This document shows, piece by piece, positions 62,207-64,000 of a stretch of DNA of 64,000 bases (positions are counted from its first letter, which is position 1; every line of letters starts with the position of its first letter). The stretch lies in IMG/VR virus record IMGVR_UViG_3300008012_000023, positions 1 to 64,000 of that record; one strand, given 5' to 3'. Under the pieces are notes generated by a model that saw only the letters and a list, made by a program, of their open reading frames with translations, did no database searches and was not told the DNA's origin. The stretch comes from a virus. A program made the translations under genes and the position numbers.

Positions 62207-62688
62207 AAACTCTAGTCACGGGTGGTAACGGCAGGTTTGCCTCTCAACTAAAAAAATACCTCAACGGTGATTATCTTGGCAAAAACGAACTTGACCTGGG
62301 TAACATAAAAGATATTGCTAAATTAAGTGAATACGATTGTGTAATACACACGGCCACGGGCACACCATCGGTCAATCAGAATTTACTTTTTTTGATTTAT
62401 AAAACCAAGGCCAAAAAAGTTTTTCTCTTTACCAGCAAACAAGGCACATTTTTGAATTGGAAACAACCCGGAAACATGATGTATGGTATAGAAAAACTTG
62501 TGATGAATTTTATGATTTACAGATTCAACATGGAACACGAAAACTGCCAACTAGTCGAACCCGGACATATGGGCACCGAACAGGATTACGACACCATGGC
62601 CCAAAAATTCAAGAATTATATAGATACTTGGAAATATTCTAAAAATCAAATATACGATCTTGCCAGAGACCGTTTCATTGCTTATTGA
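62203..62688 (+). CDS. short Rossmann-fold (SDR/RmlD-like) protein
   Basis: KTLVTGGNG..ELDL..DCVIHTA..TS..YGIEK (YxxxK), VEPG. Confidence 0.55.
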   Translation: MKTLVTGGNGRFASQLKKYLNGDYLGKNELDLGNIKDIAKLSEYDCVIHTATGTPSVNQNLLFLIYKTKAKKVFLFTSKQGTFLNWKQPGNMMYGIEKLVMNFMIYRFNMEHENCQLVEPGHMGTEQDYDTMAQKFKNYIDTWKYSKNQIYDLARDRFIAY

Positions 62689-63245
62689 TACCTAACGTAC
62701 AAACTCTTCCTATCGCCGGATTTTACAGGATAGGCCGTGGAATGATAGGTATTTTTGCCGCACAACAAACTGTATCCTCTGTTTACCTTGTAATCAAAAA
62801 TTTTGAAAGGCATGTCGTCTTCGCTGTAGTGGAGTGCAGTGCCTGGATGCACACCTGTAGACAGGTAGATCTGCAGGCTTAACTTTATTGATGGGTCATC
62901 CACATGAGTTTTCAATACGTAGGGCGGTTGATCATACCAAATGTCCAAAGAGGACAATGTCAACTCTGTTTCAAACGCCTCTTCCAGTGCCTTTATAAGT
63001 TTTGCGTTGGAAAAAATTATTGTCAATTCTCTTACCAGCAAATTGGAATAGTCTGCCTTGTGCCTGTTTTGGTTTTCTTGCCCGCGAAGTTTTGATTTTT
63101 CCAAATTGTCAACGTTGGAATTGATGTGTTCCAGCATCTTTTCATCGAAAAAGTTTTCATATTCTTGGTAAACAAACTGTGATTTTTTGGTAATTGGTGT
63201 TTTTTGTATTGACTCGACCAAGAATTTAGTGCTATCATTGTTCAT
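62682..63245 (-). CDS. 2OG-Fe(II) oxygenase
   Basis: LKTHVD (HxD), LQIYL, GT, YHS, RKSLY. Confidence 0.75.
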   Translation of the reverse strand: MNNDSTKFLVESIQKTPITKKSQFVYQEYENFFDEKMLEHINSNVDNLEKSKLRGQENQNRHKADYSNLLVRELTIIFSNAKLIKALEEAFETELTLSSLDIWYDQPPYVLKTHVDDPSIKLSLQIYLSTGVHPGTALHYSEDDMPFKIFDYKVNRGYSLLCGKNTYHSTAYPVKSGDRKSLYVRYQ

Positions 63246-63284
63246 ACGTTAATTAATTAGCGTGAATAACAAAGGAGATCAAAA

Positions 63285-63482
63285 ATGTCTGAGACACATG
63301 ATCAAATAATGTCTACAATTCAAACCTACTCTGAGGAGAACTCAAAGTTCACAGATAAAGGTGTGAAGGCTAGTGCCACAAGAGCAAGAAAGGCACTTGC
63401 AGAATTAGGCAAATTAATAAAAGCAAGAAGAAAAGAAATCCAAGAAGTAAAAAACGCGGCGAAAGAATCAGCGTCTGCGTAA
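63285..63482 (+). CDS. histone H1-like (Hc1-type) DNA-binding protein
   Basis: KF.DKGVKASATRARKAL.EL.KLIK.RRKEIQ; AGGAG RBS. Confidence 0.65.
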   Translation: MSETHDQIMSTIQTYSEENSKFTDKGVKASATRARKALAELGKLIKARRKEIQEVKNAAKESASA

Positions 63483-63507
63483 CTTATTTTAATTGGATCC
63501 AATTTAG

Positions 63508-63542
63508 AAAGCCTCTACAATTTTTTTGTAGGGGCTTTTTTT
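63508..63542 (+). terminator. intrinsic terminator between convergent genes
   Basis: GCCTCTACAA-TTTTT-TTGTAGGGGC stem followed by T7, preceded by AAA. Confidence 0.75.
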
Positions 63543-63937
63543 ATCACATTACCATGAATACGAACTCTTATGTGTCCGTTGTAATATTCGTCGCTTTCAA
63601 GAACTTTCCTGGAAAATTGTTCTCTGGCCTCGATGTAATTGCACTCTCCTCTGGTCCTACAGAAAAATAATATTTCTCTTACAATGTTGTTTGTTCCTTG
63701 CGACTCTATGTCTTTGAGCAACTCGTCGTTACTGCCGTAATAATCTCTCCAGTCTGATTCTATCTTGAACCTTCTCTTGTTTTTTCTACCTTTCAACGGC
63801 GGTCTTGATCTTTTGAATTTTGCCAGTTTTTTACCAATATATTTCCGTCCATTGTTTTTGTTCAGTATTTCATAGACAAAACCTTCACAATCTTTTGGTA
63901 ATTCTTCCACTGCGTTTCCTTTGTAAATCCAAGACAT
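63515..63937 (-). CDS. GIY-YIG-like protein
   Basis: GFVYEILN..GRKYIGKK..SDWRDYYGS..REIL..E..YYN; start MSWIYKG. Confidence 0.7.
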   Translation of the reverse strand: MSWIYKGNAVEELPKDCEGFVYEILNKNNGRKYIGKKLAKFKRSRPPLKGRKNKRRFKIESDWRDYYGSNDELLKDIESQGTNNIVREILFFCRTRGECNYIEAREQFSRKVLESDEYYNGHIRVRIHGNVIKKAPTKKL

Positions 63938-64000
63938 CGTGGTATTTAAAGCCAAAAAGATTGACTCGGAAAGAAAACTCATATAAACAAGTGCGATAGG

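Noticed and set aside
63515-63937. GIY-YIG as a mobile homing endonuclease or intron
   Set aside because: Short, no extra DNA-binding domain, and it interrupts no gene
1-64000. Stop-codon reassignment as in some large phages
   Set aside because: Long ORFs are intact in code 11 and TAA, TAG and TGA all end well-supported genes
1-64000. CRISPR array, tRNA, rRNA, integrase, transposase, reverse transcriptase/DGR
   Set aside because: Intergenic gaps are tiny and I saw no repeat-spacer pattern, cloverleaf or relevant motifs; a covariance-model scan was not possible

Overview
64 kb, low-GC, gene-dense segment of a large T4-like (probably jumbo) myophage, not a bacterial chromosome. Four blocks. 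(1) 1-12013 (+): amidinotransferase 3' end, DUF6614-like protein, QueE, T4 Rnh-like 5'-3' exonuclease, MoxR AAA + HEXXH/VWA pair and conserved hypotheticals, interleaved with accessory enzyme-like genes. (2) 27743->11987 (-): a ~15.7 kb translationally coupled tailoring operon behind one sigma70-like promoter, with 4 glycosyltransferase-like genes, 5 N-terminal-twitch radical SAM enzymes, 2 SGNH-like proteins, a SAM methyltransferase flanked by two paralogous ~35-aa 'DP(F/Y)(I/L)Y' peptides, a GNAT-like protein, an MBD4-like HhH glycosylase, a NodU-family carbamoyltransferase and a small lipoprotein. (3) 58210->27756 (-): baseplate/tail module (gp48/54-, gp53-, hub-, gp5-, gp25-, gp6-like, a 4198-aa giant protein and paralogous fibres) with TATAAATA/TAAATA late promoters. 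(4) 58323-64000: late sigma factor, gp47/gp46, 2OG-Fe(II) oxygenase, histone-like protein, GIY-YIG-like protein. Best candidate for an undescribed system: the radical-SAM/glycosyl/carbamoyl operon next to the tail genes, together with a strongly enriched DGST motif in the giant virion protein (possible modification sequon). Many genes appear to be leaderless. All family calls come from motif recognition by eye; no database search was run.
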